Shown piece after piece: positions 1 through 12,667 of a stretch of 64,000 bases of DNA. This DNA is from Hamiltosporidium tvaerminnensis FI-OER-3-3. Lineage: Eukaryota > Fungi > Microsporidia. The notes under the pieces are model-generated. The model searched no databases. It had not been told where the DNA came from and saw nothing but the letters and a program-made list of their open reading frames with translations. The stretch covers positions 186,001-250,000 of the forward strand of contig CM061252.1 of the NCBI GenBank assembly GCA_022605425.2, given 5' to 3'. Both the position numbers and the translations under genes were made by a program. The first letter of the stretch is position 1; each line of letters starts with the position of its first letter.

Positions 1-860
1 TTCTAAACACAAAGAATTTTCTTAATACCTCTCTATATATTATCTGGATATTTTCAGCTATGTTGTATTTCTCTATGTAATTTTAAATGACTTTATGATT
101 TAAATATTGTTTTCTATATTTTGAACATATTTTTTTTGTCCGTTTTATCATAAAACCATTGAAAAAAGTATTATCATTACTAGGAGCGTTCTATTATGAT
201 TTCTTAATATATTTCTAAAGATAAAATATATTTATTGTGATTAAACTTCTTTCTTGCGTCAGAAAAAATAGGATCACTTTATTGTGTGATATAGTTGACC
301 TTATGTCACTATACAAATAAATATAATGAACATTTCCAATTATAGTATCATGTTTGATCGCTTCTTTTCAAGTTCTCCATAAGACAATATTTTCTCTACA
401 AACATAGAATGTTAATTTAATTTGTATGAATTCAGACGCTTATTACCTAGTTTCTGATTTCACCCATTCAAAATATATTTTTTTAGATGATTTCTATTAC
501 AAAAAGGCAAAATTCGCTTCTTATAAGTTAATAATATTACTTTTAATATTTTGGATCTGATTTATAACTATTATTCTCTTGAATTTTTCGAATATGATGT
601 CTCTTTACTGGTTGCTAAGAACAAAAATATTTTTTTTTTAAAAAAATATGTAGGGTTACTGATATGCATTATCATATAATAAATAAAATATAAAATTATA
701 TGTTCATAACGAATTGCACGAGCTAGTATACTTCTAAAGCTGCCTTGATAGTGGTGTTCACTGCTATTATCTTCTTTGAAATATATCTTGATTGGGTATA
801 TCCACAAATAAACTTCAGATTGTATTTATAACACATATTTCGACGACTATCTTAAATAAT
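1..860 (-). pseudogene. Fragmented hypothetical (LRR-like/secreted family) gene, runs off the window edge
   Basis: ORF 571-807 (IKIYFKED...) resembles the post-signal-peptide segment of the family at 59-61 kb. Downstream frames contain many stops. Confidence 0.3.
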
Positions 861-1482
861 CACCCGAAAAGAACTCAAATATTAAGCTTAAGAGATCTAA
901 ATATGCTTGTTTGTAATTTATTTTGTCTTATAAAGATCTGATAATACGGATTTACTTTTTATTATTCTTATTGCAACTACAAACCCCAAACTTTAGCTAG
1001 AAAGGACCAATCTCATTAGTAAAGCATTTTTTTTATCATTTAATGATTCTATATGTACCCTTTTCAATGCTATTGAGTAATTAAGTATAAGTACCTAATT
1101 AAAATTTAGATTTTTTCAATTTTTCCTTAAAATCTTAATGCTACAAAAGATTATATTTATATGCAAATTTAAAGACGCGCGGTATTTCTCATACCTTTGA
1201 TCAAATTAATTATAAGTATACTTTGCATTCTACATAATGGAATTTTTTTTACATAAAAGATGTTAGAGTTTCATATATTGGAAAAAATCGGGTTTTTAGG
1301 CCTTACATTTCGGCATATTAGTTTATATGCGTCATTTTCACTAAGAAGATAAACTGAGATTACTATTAAATTTCCAATATTATTCCAAAACCTTTCAAAC
1401 TATTTTTGGTTTTTATAGTAAATGAATTCTGGTTTATATCTATTATGTACTAACTAGGAAATTATAGCCAATATAGAAAATT

Positions 1483-1710
1483 AAACTGGAAAGAGTATAC
1501 CTATATTAAAAACCATCTGCTTGGCAATAGATGTCTACATTTCATAGGAAAATCCTCACTGCCTACTGTGGTGGGATTTAAACCACACAGGGTCTATAAG
1601 CCAATCCCCCATAATGCCGACTTTCAACATATTAAAAGAATCAGAAGGAAACTTTCATTTGTGCATCCTCGACACCGAAACGATAAACAGGAATATAATA
1701 ACTAAGTAAT
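1483..1710 (+). repeat. Dispersed family, short type A, copy 1
   Basis: Aligns by eye with 28171-28400 and with the reverse complement of 40503-40733 (aaaaccatctgcttggcaat...aaaccaca...catcctcgacaccga...ggaa...taagtaa). One frame is open throughout (WKEYTYIKNHLLGN...VGFKPH...HPRHRNDKQEYNN*). Confidence 0.8.
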
Positions 1711-2417
1711 TATTTTTCTTTCCCTTATCTCAAGCAAGGCCTCGTCTCTTTTTGCTATTACTAATCTTTCGGCAGCATTGTAGGGTTCACTGTAAATGAA
1801 TATTTGTCCACTATTTTTATTTTGTTATCTACTTAATTTCACAAATATTTTCAATTCATTTTAAATTTGTTTCGAAAGGTTTAATACCCTGGTGTCAAAA
1901 AAACAAAATGTCTGTATTCTAACTTAGTGAAATATTCTACACTTAACCCAATACTCTTTACTATAGTAATTTTTGCTCAATTAATTTCTCTTGATCTTAA
2001 AAATTTCTTTGCTAAATCCAAGGATAAATCAGCTACACTAAACCTATATTTGACTAATCGAATTTTAATGCTTTAAAAATAGAAAATCGTCAAATACCGA
2101 TAAATTTTGATTCAAAAACAAATATATGCAAAAAAGAAGATTTATAGAGTTTTTGGCAACCAATGCTTCATTTATGATGCAGAAATGAAAAGTATAATAA
2201 TATATATTGAGCGTGTAAAAAAGTATATCCAAAAACAAAAAAAATAAGATTTTAATTACAACATTCCTGATTAATTAAATAAATTATACAAAACAGGCGT
2301 ATTATCATATGCATATAATAGTTGTTTACATTGAAACAGCTTCTATCATCAACTTTAGAGATATAACCCTTTATGTAATAATTAACAAAGAAATTGCTTT
2401 GGAGAACAATAATTATA

Positions 2418-4175
2418 GGGTTTTTCGATCAATATAATAATCCTTGCAATCAATATAATAATTTTTCGATCAATATAATAATCCTTGCAATCAATATAAT
2501 AATTTTTCGATCAATATAATAATCCTTGCAATCAATATAATAATTTTTCGATCAATATAATAATCCTTGCAATCAATATAATAATTTTTCGATCAATATA
2601 ATAATCCTTGCAATCAATATAATAATCCTTGCAATCAATATAATAATTATTTTAAAAAAATAGAAATTTATAAAATAAAAATTTAAAAAATAAAATTATA
2701 AATAGTACTTGAGATTTATTATTACTCAAGAATCATTGCCCTACCTCAGACTTTTGCAAATATCCTAACATTTTACGGTAAAAAGAACTACAATGTTCTC
2801 CCGTGATTTCATTAAATTTTTCACAAATTAATATTCTCAACTGAGGCTCAGTACGAGCACCACCTCGAATTACTTTATTTTTCCAGACTGAGAATACATT
2901 CTCAATTTGATTAAGAAATGGAGAGTAAGGTGGAAGATATTTTATTCGATACGAAGCAATTTCCTCATCATCATTCAATCCACGATAATGATGAATTCTC
3001 GCATTGTCCATTACAAATATTGGAGTCAAAATTCCTTGCCTTTGACAACTTTCATTAATCTCCTTAATAAATAATTTGAAATCCTCACCATTTACGGCCC
3101 TCTCATGAACCTTATTGTATATCATACCATATTTGTTCATTGCTGCGACTACTGAAATATTTCTACTTCGAGCTGCTGTTACAGATAGGTATGCAGATTC
3201 ACCTTTCATGTTACGACCTCTACTGGGGCGTGTAACTTCTGCAAACCCAACTTCATCTAAAAAGACAAAGTTTTTGTCATCGTTATCAACCTCCAACTCA
3301 CGAAAACTAGTTGCGTAATTGGTTCTATGCTCAATTGTCGAAAGTGTATTTCTACGCTTAGGCACTAATGTTACACGCTTTAGAGTGTAATGGAACTCCC
3401 TTAGTGCACGATCAATTGTACTAGTTGACACATCAATATTAAATGTACTTTGACCCATTCTGCCAACTCATACAGGGTTTTTGTACATTCCAAATCAACA
3501 TAGGCTTGTAAGTTCTCTTTTATTTCCAAGGTTAACTTTGAGCGCCTATCACCACCTCTTTTATCGACAAATACCAAGCCAGTGTTTAAATATCGTCTAA
3601 CGATACTATTAACCGTCTGGTAATTTATTCATACATCGAGGCAATTGCGGACATAGAATAGCCTTCTAATGTCTTTTCAATTATGCGTTCCCGATCATTA
3701 ATAGAAACTTTTTGTTTCCTCAGAGTTGGAATAGTGGTTATGGAGAGATTTTCATCATTTGATCCCGATGTTTCTGCAAGACACTTCAAAACATTGTCAT
3801 TTTCGCACTCTATACATTTTGGTGTTTCACCTACATGAAAATCATATTTGTTCTCGTTGGTATTTTTACCTGAAAAAGAATTTGACATTGGAGTTAATTT
3901 TATAATGAATGAATTATTTTTTAAATTTTTATTTTATAAATTTCTATTTTTTTAATTTTTTTTTAAATTTCTATTTTTTAAAAATAATTATTATATTGAT
4001 TGCAAGGATTATTATATTGATTGCAAGGATTATTATATTGATCGAAAAATTATTATATTGATTGCAAGGATTATTATATTGATCGAAAAATTATTATATT
4101 GATTGCAAAGATTATTATATTGATCGAAAAATTATTATATTGATTGCAAGGATTATTATATTGATCGAAAAACCC
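2418..4175 (-). mobile_element. Tc1/IS630-like DD34E DNA transposon, complete, with long TIRs built of tandem repeats
   Basis: Ends ta|gggtttttcgatcaatat ... atattgatcgaaaaaccc|ta (TA TSD). Inverted arms of about 260-280 bp flank an internal transposase. Confidence 0.93.
2733..3888 (-). pseudogene. DD34E transposase with two internal frameshifts
   Basis: FLDEVGF...MDNARIH...LPPYSPFLNQIE, with 34 residues between the second D and E. ORFs 3625-3888 and 2733-3458 are bridged by a third frame (NYQTVNSIVRRYLNTG...KRGGDRRSKL...LYELAEWVK, HTH region) via 1-nt deletions near 3625 and 3450. Confidence 0.9.
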
Positions 4176-4365
4176 TATATATTAAAAGCCAAAAATAATT
4201 AATAGGTATGAGGAAAAAGGAATAAATTTATTAGATTATATAATTCGCTAAAATGACCTGTTTCTATTTATCATCTGATTAAAGATATTTTTATAAGACA
4301 TATTAGGAATTTCACAGTTATGCTTGCAGTTTATCTTATAATGTAAATATATTATACATTTAATA

Positions 4366-5105
4366 AAATGCTTTGGAGAGGGAGGATAACCACATAAAAA
4401 ACTTTCTGCTTGGCAATGAGTGTGTGAAACTGGTGTGAAGATCATTTTTTGGATTTTTGGTGGGAATACAATTGCACTACATCTTCGGTTGTTCCATGGG
4501 AGTTGTTATGAAGAGGAGAAGGTCTAAGAAATGGAGAAACTTTTTCTACAAATTTATTTGTAGTTTTTTAAGTAACCAAATTGCAGACCAGCAGCTGAAC
4601 ATGTAGGTAATTGCCATGTAAAAGCATGGAAACCTAGCCTTGCTCACTCGGGTTAGAAGACTTAACGCCTGGGAGATATAAAAATAAAAACCATTAAAAG
4701 CCGAGAGAGCTAAGTAGCAGGTTATACCTGTTGGTATGACATTGCACTGTCTAGGTGGACCCATGTAAATCTCTGAAATATATCTTAGCTAGAAGTTCAT
4801 TGGGTTCAGAAAGTGTAGAGTAAGTGGGAATGATGCATAGTCTTGGGGGAGCCCAGGGGGGGCTTCGGCCTTCGATCACACCCCACGCAACGGACATTAA
4901 CGAACTCCGGGCAACTACCTCGCCTATTAATTAGGTTCTACACACCTGGTAGATCAAAGGCTTTGGGACTTAGGTATCGCAGGGGTTACCGATGGAGTGT
5001 TGGGGTAGCAGTCATTTATGTTAAACCTAGAACTGCGTTAATGTCATGAAAACAAATATAATATTTGACACTATTTTAAAAAAGATGTGATACATTTAAA
5101 TAAAA
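4366..5105 (+). repeat. Dispersed family, long type B, best-preserved copy; candidate micro-intron gene
   Basis: GC-richer island, collinear with 11363-12066, 20108-20820, 38848-39596 and 41786-42445. Starts aaaATG and ends tgtgata...aataaaa. Confidence 0.85.
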
Positions 5106-5900
5106 CTTGTTATTTCTACAATTAATTTTTTATTTTTTTTATGCTTTTTAGAACAGTAGCATTTGTTATGTTGTTTTTATGACATTAGAAAATTTTATGT
5201 TTAATATATAAAATTACTTGTACCAGTGTAGGGGAGATAACTACATAGAAAACTACGAACATGTTCGGGTTAAAAAAGTCACACAAGTGGCAGATCATTT
5301 TTTCCTCATACAAATTTAATGAAATAGTCGAAAATATAGCGTGTTTATCATTCGTATCAAAAATTTAAACAATAAATGAACCTCTTAAGTTTTAATCAAT
5401 AGTGTCTAAGCAGATAGATTTTAATGTAATTGTCCTTCGTCCACCTTAAATAAATTATTTTGTCTAAAAAAAGAATATAAACTTTGATTCCCTACAAAAA
5501 CATAAAGTGTCAGGATGTCGAAACGTTCAACGAGGAACAGGCCGATCCTTGATTGCGAAATTATTTATTTTATGAATCAGAAAAATTTGCCTTTAGTTAC
5601 AAACTATTTAACCTACTCGAACAAAATTTCATACGACACACCTTAAAAAGGTAACAAGCTTCGATTCTCATATAGACAGTGTGTCATATATATCGAAACA
5701 AACTATTTACAAATTGTTTTAATCCACTGAATTAGAAAGCTAGATATTTCAGAGTTCTGTTTTTTTTCTACAGATTAAACCTAGATATTAACCAAAAATC
5801 AAAAAAAATAGACCGTAAAATTTTACTTGAAAAACCTAAGACTTATAATTTAAATATAATTTTGAAAAAGGCTCAAATTTATTTTAATATTTTCAAAGCC

Positions 5901-8219
5901 TTAAATCTTTTCTATAACAATATATTTCGTTTTAAATTTCTCTGATATAAATTTAATTGGGTCCTCTGATAAATAATAATCTCCCATATAATATTGCACT
6001 ATAATGTAAAATTCATTAAAAAACAAAAATTTAAGCCAATTTTTAGTCTCTTTCTGAATAACACACCTGTCAAATATGATATACTCAAGTTTCCTTAAAG
6101 TTGCAATAAATATTATATCCTTTTCTGATATATTTATTTCCTCTAACTTCATTCTTTTTATTTTATATTCCTGTAAAGCACAAAATAATTCTGAAAAACT
6201 AATATTTTGAAAATTAATTCTACAAATATTTAATTTTTTTAAATTTAATAAATTATTGAATGCTTTTACATTTAAATTATCAATAGAAAAATCTCTGATG
6301 AGTAGTTGCTTTATACTGCTCATTTCATAGTTTTGAAATAAAAACTTTAAGGAATCTATAGGATATTCAGAATCCGAAATATCTTTATTTGTGGCTCTAA
6401 AATCAAATTTTTCATTATTTGCTAGAAGTTTTAATTAATCAATTATTTTATTAATATCCCAAAGACTCAATTCTGTAATATAAAAAATTTGATCTACATA
6501 ACGGTTTAACTTTATAGTATTTGTTGTATCAAAGTATATTTCTTGAAGACCTATCATCATCTCTATCAACTTTAAAAAAATCGAATAACAATCAATGTGA
6601 TTGGCTGAGAATTTAAAATATTTAATAGATTCGTTTATAAAAATTTCATTTTCAATATATTATCTGATTTGTTTATTTCTAAGCTTTCTAGCCCTTTAAT
6701 ATTTAGAATGTCTCTTAGAAGATCAGATTTTATTTCTGAAGATGAAATTTTAATACACTTTATATTATCTTTTAAAATAGTATTTTCGGTTGTAAAAAAC
6801 TGTTTATCATTTAATTCATAAAAAGAAATTGAAACAATATTTAAACTTCTTTTATATTCACAAAAAAATTTGACCTGCAAATTCTTATTCATGCATTCAA
6901 AATATTCGATGATTCTAACTTTACCTTTATAGTTATCTTCATTAAGTATCTTTAAATAGAAATTTCTATTTTCTTTTGGTATATTTTTATTTTTCTTGAT
7001 ATATTTTTCGATAGAACATTGTTAGTGTATGTGCTTCAGACTTTGTATTATAAACTCCGCTATATTAAGATCCTCTTCTTTGATTGCATGAACTGCATAT
7101 TTTTCATCATCATTCTTTTCAAAAAATATAAATTCGATAATTTTGGCTAAATTCTCTCTAAATATGAAACTTGTCTTAATTTCAGGAAATATAAACACAA
7201 TCTTTTTTAAATTTACCAAATTTAAATTTGCATTTAGAGAACAAATTACCTCATCCTATATGTAACCCCAATGGAATACAATCTCATCGATTCTTTTTTT
7301 TAAATTATCTAAAATAAAACAAAAACTCTTCGAATTCGCTCTGTTTAATGACTTTATATGCAAATACTTTATATTTAATGTATTTAGAAACACTAAAAAT
7401 AAACATTGACTTTTATGATTCACAACAACTTTTTTATAAAAAAATGCATCAAAATTGTAATTAATTACTAACATATGCTTTCTATCATCTGTAAATATCC
7501 CTTTATATCCATCGTATACATAAAATTAGTTGTCTTTGATAAAACACAAAAATTTTTGCTCCTTTCCATTATTCAGTAGTTTTAAAAATTCTTGTGAGAT
7601 TTTTTTAAATAAAGCATTTGAAAAATAGTCTTGCTTTGAAAAATGAAACGAAGGGTTTTTGATGTCGAAATTATTCATTTCGTTAGATTCCATTAAAGAA
7701 AACCAAATTATTTTTATCGCATTCCTCAATTTATTATCATATTCAACTCTAAAATATTCTAATAAATACAATATTGTGTAAAACTTCTTAATTTTCATTT
7801 TAGTACCGGTAACTAATATGAAATTATAAACTCATAGAATATTAAAAAATCGGATTTCTTTATATGATGACAGAGAAATATTTCTACATTATTGTTTATT
7901 TTGTTAAATTTTTTAAATATATCAAACTTAAGACCAATTCTCTCAGTAATTTCTATAGTATATTTCTTATATTGCCTATTTTCATCTTTGTCAAACATTT
8001 TTTCTAAACAGTTTTTTTCGTCATTTTCATTCATCTCATCTCTTTTAATTCGACATAAACATTCAAGTTTGATTTTTTTATAATTGAAGTGATGTACGGC
8101 TCTACATTTTTATTTACAACATTAAATATTATATCTCTTTCACTCGAATAATAGATAAACATAAAAATAAGTGGTTTGTATAATAACGTTATGAGATGGA
8201 ATCACAGATTAAATTTCAT
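5901..8219 (-). pseudogene. Fragmented LRR-like lineage-expanded family gene
   Basis: Chain of six short minus-strand ORFs with LxxLxI motifs (LLNLKKLNI, LRKLEYIIF). The C-terminus parallels the 59186-61000 protein (FQNISFSELF...I.EKDI..IA.L..L.Y). Confidence 0.7.
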
Positions 8220-9549
8220 AAATTTTAGAAAAAAATATGTGTTTATATTTTTTATTTTAATTTACTATTTTAGTTTTTAGATAAAAAAATTCTAAGAATC
8301 TTTCAAAAACAATGAATCCATGGATCATAATTAATGAAAATTCTATAAAATTTTAAGATTAAAAAAACGTAAAAAGCTTATAGTATGAACAAGTGTTGGA
8401 ATTTCCAAATATAAAATTATATTAAATACGACTACATTTTTTGAAAATAGAAAAATATTCTTTTTGATGTTCGATTGTTCTTTGTGGTTTAAAGGAATAA
8501 TTGACTGTTCTTTACATTTTAGTTAAGCTTTATATTACTTATTATTAAAAATTTTAGATTCTTTTACCTTTCTAGAATTTCTCTCAATAAAAATTACAAA
8601 ATAAGATTATTCTTAGAATAAAAATGATATTTCTTAAAATGACAGTTTTCTTTATTTTTTGATTTTGTATCGAATTGCAAATAATATCTATAGAAAAGGT
8701 AAAAAAAGAGTTGTTGAAATGTAAGAATATACACTGTAAAGCCTAGGTGTAATTATTGAAAAGATGAAAAAAAATATCAATAAAAAATTGATTTAAAATG
8801 ACGTTTCAAACGATCAAATATGCCACCACAGCCATATCCTCAATAAACAAATATCTTATGAAAACATTGGTATTAAATGTAACGGACCATAGTACATTAT
8901 AATATCCATAGTGTACCCCGTTATTCCTAATATACTTTTATATATTAATAACCCCTTTATTTAATACAAATTATGTTTTTTGTATTATATTTCCTATCTT
9001 AAATTTTTACCAGGTATTTCATATTTATCCCACCATCTATTGCTTCCATGCTATTTCCTATATTTTTAAAGTCGGTTTACAGGATTTGAATCTAAACGAT
9101 TATCATGTATTATATGTATAAAATTTGGGTTAAATTCGTAAAAACGAACTCTCTTTTGCACTCATGAGAAAAAAATGCCGAAAACAATCTTGAACTTGAT
9201 TATCTGTATCATAATTCCTCAGGCGTTTCAATAAAAATTTTATACTCTCACCTAGTCTGTTTCTTGTATATTTTTTTTGTAGTCTATTTCCAAATTATTA
9301 GCCGCTTTTGAGTATTTCCCAATAAAAATTAAGGGTTTTTTCTGCATATTTCTCTTCCTCTTTTATTGTTACTAGAAATTTTTCAGAACTTCAGTTCGTC
9401 ATTTTATGTTTAATCTGTTCACTTTCCTCTTATTGTTCCAAATCGTCTTGTTTCTCAAAGAAATTTAATCTTGTGAAGAATTTGCTTTCTCGGAAAAAAC
9501 TGTTCGTTATAACGATATGCTGCATTTGTTAATTTATTTATTATATAAA

Positions 9550-9597
9550 TTCTTGGAGGCCCGAGCACTTCAAGATCTGTAGCGCCACTTAGTAGTC
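9550..9597 (+). mobile_element. Isolated RTE-type 3' tail fragment
   Basis: ggaggcccgagcacttcaagatctgtagcgccacttagtagt resembles RTE 3' ends and the tails of the elements at 35.9 kb and 42.8 kb. Confidence 0.45.
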
Positions 9598-10416
9598 TAA
9601 ATTCTTAATCATTCCGAAAAGAAAAATATTTTAATTTAATCAAGTATAAAGTTCCACGAGGTTATTTAAGAAATAATTGTCTTATCCAATTATTATTGGA
9701 ATATAAATAAATTACCAGAAGAATGGAAAAATCATCAAGCTTATAATACAATTTTAATTTACCTGTAAAATTCCTTAAAGAAATCTTAATATGGGATTTA
9801 AATTGTTTTTAACTGAAAACTTTAGGAAAAGTAAAAACCAAATTTATTAGGTTATTCTCGATAAATAATACAATTTAAAAGAAATTTTATGAATTTTATT
9901 TCAAATATTTTTTTGAACCAATAGAATCCTTTAAATTGTTTTGTTTTACTCACTAATATTGGTTGTATAGGATTTCTGAACAAGAAGAAAGAGAATATCC
10001 AGATCGGCGAATTGTATTGGTGTCTTGTAGTGTTTTAACCAACTAAATATTTCGATGTGAGTCTTCATCGAGAAATTACTAAATTATATAACTAATGATT
10101 TCCATGAAATGATCTAAAATATAAAAATTTCAAGTATTACCATAAAATAAAAGAAACTAAAAAAATATGTAGTTATATAAAAATTTTGTTGAGAAAGTGC
10201 GTATAAAATAACTCTGCTTATATAATTTTAAGCTTACATTTTTTCGATGTATATTTTCTATAAATATGGCAATTTGAAATAATAGAAATAAACCTTAAAT
10301 ATTTTTTTTGTGAAATTTATTTGAAATTTCAATCAAAAAAATATAAATTTCATAGTTTAAATTTTAATTTAATTTTCAATATATAAATATAGTTAATTTA
10401 TCAAATATGCATAAAA

Positions 10417-10963
10417 ATGGTAAAGAAAATTCGAGTTCATAAAACTTTCACTTACAATCATATTATCAAAGAGGCAATACAGTCCATGACTGACAACAAA
10501 GCAACGTCGGGTCAAATATTTGATTATGTTTCTGAAAAACATCCTGATTTATTCAATAATGAAAATTCTACTACTTGGAAAGGAAATATCAGACAATTGT
10601 TGAGTAAATCAACTGAATTCGTCAAACTTAAAAAAGACCAACATACTAAATTACATTACTGGACATATATTCCGATTTCAGAACAACATATGTTGGAAAA
10701 TATTCCAAATAAAGTACGAAAAAAACAACCTGCATATATAAACAACATTCCAATGTATCAAATGCCGATTTTTTATAATAATTATAATCCCAAATGATCC
10801 TTCACATATGATTCCACAAAACACATATCAATATAATTATCCAACCTATCCAATCAATTATACAATAGATGAATTGTATCAAAGAAATTATTATCCGTTT
10901 TATGAAGATTCCATTTTAAATAGATTCAATGAAAATGAAAATAACGAAGAAAATAATGAATAA
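10417..10963 (+). CDS. Forkhead (winged-helix) transcription factor; +1 frameshift near 10792 extends the ORF to 10963
   Basis: TYNHIIKEAI...QIFDYV...TWKGNIRQLLSK...FVK...YWT is a forkhead domain. After TGA at 10795 the +1 frame continues for 55 codons of similar N/Y/P-rich composition to TAA at 10961-10963. Confidence 0.8.
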
Positions 10964-11362
10964 AAAAACTATCCATTCTTATTTTAATTATTAAAATATT
11001 CCTAATGATTTATTATAAATTTGTAGCTTTTTCTCTCACTAGTTTATTTTTACAATTAAAAATTTTTCTTTTTATAAAAAATGGTGTTCAATTTTCATAA
11101 TATATACGAAAAAAATTCTGAGACCTTTGATGTACATTCAAAGAAATACATAACTAAAAATTTAAAAACAATAAATCATTTAGTATAATTCGTTACATAA
11201 GTTATTTTGTTAAAAAAATGGAATTTAAAAAATGTTATGACTGCCTAAACCTTATTCTATTTAAATCAGTAGTAGAAATAATAAGCTACCTATGGAATTT
11301 ATAAGATAATTAATTCGCTTCTATTTTTGGTCAAAGTCTGATAATACATCTATTCTTTCATT

Positions 11363-12066
11363 TAATGGTGAGGAAAATATAAACGTATTAAAACTATCTA
11401 TTTGTCAGTGATCAAGTTATATTATTGTGAATATCATCGTTTGAATTTTTGAAAAACTGAAAATTCCATTACACTTTCGATTTTATTATTAAAATTTATA
11501 TAAGGATAGACGATGTATGAATTGCAATATCTTCTTAGAAGATTTGTGTATGGTTTTAATGCAACTTGATTGGAAATTTGCCTCTGAATTTGTTAATAAT
11601 TACTATATAATAGCATTTACATCTGTCTTCCTCACTCCGGCTAGAATAATCGATGCTCGGAAGATAAAAAAACACATAAAGCTTACAAGGTAGAAATATC
11701 GAGTAGCAGATTATATATAGTGATATGAAATTCCGGATCTTGCTGTATCTTATGTAAATCACCGGTATATTATTAACAAGAAATATATATTGTTCAAGAA
11801 ATTGGAGATTAAAAGGAATGCTTCTGGTTTTCGAAAAGCTCAGATAAGGCTTTATTAGAGATTACACACAGGAAACGGCCATTAAAAAACATCTGGAAAC
11901 ATCCTCGCGCATTTAATAAATTTTATACATCTTTTGAACGAAAAGCATTGAGATGAAGGTATTTGTGGGATACCTATGGTGTGTTAAAAACCATCTATCT
12001 CAACACCAAACCGAGTTAAGTTATAAAAATAAACGAGATATACCCTTTCCAAAGAGATCCGATATT
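11363..12066 (+). repeat. Dispersed family type B, diverged copy
   Basis: Shares the head (aaaactatctatttgtcagtga) and the blocks gagtagcagattata, atgtaaatc, ggaatgc and acggccattaa with 4366-5105. Confidence 0.7.
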
Positions 12067-12667
12067 AGGTTGTACAAAAAATTCCGTATAATATCTGTTA
12101 ATGGATATCGTTTTGAATTCTTTAATGCCAGAATAAACATTTCGAGTCGTAAATAGAAATGAAGGCTAAAATATTTAAAAATTTACTTAAAACTTGAATA
12201 GATATTTGTCGGTATTATTTCATATATTATCTGAATCATATATTTATTCTTTAAAATATATTAATAGCAGATAGATGATTTCATATTTACTACTTTTTTT
12301 AGTAAGAAAATTATGATTTATTATTTAATGAAAAAACAGCTGTTTTTCAAATAAAAATTTGGGTAATACTCAATTAGAATACAAACAATGACTCTAAAAA
12401 TACCAATTAAATATATTTTCAACTATGAAATTAGTTAATCGTTTAAACAGCTTTACACTAGATGATATAATCCTGATTAAAGTTAATTTCATATATAATT
12501 TTAAAAATTGGTAAAAACTAAGAAATCAATCTTAAAATAAAAAACTCAAATGATTTATTGCACAGTGAATACTTTGGAGAAATGATTAATAAAAAATTTT
12601 AAATCAAGTAAAAACAACAAAAAAAATGATACATTATATATTAATTAAATTAAAATAAATTTATTGC

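Noticed and set aside
4855-4875. GGC-UUCG-GCC hairpin with an apparent compensatory AGU-UUCG-ACU at about 20585, suggesting a structured ncRNA or Pol III B box
   Set aside because: Not retained in the 11.4-kb and 38.8-kb copies, and a 3-bp stem is too weak as evidence.
4368-5090. Single 240-codon ATG-to-TGA frame read with a stop-reassigned genetic code or RNA editing
   Set aside because: Stop density is near random. My hand count of substitutions against the 41.8-kb copy in this frame (about 29/24/38 by codon position) is not convincingly biased. Host genes use TAA, TAG and TGA as normal stops.
5225-5760. Possible pogo/Fot1-like relic
   Set aside because: Only a taggggag end and a vague FNEEQ fragment; no second TIR or catalytic motif.
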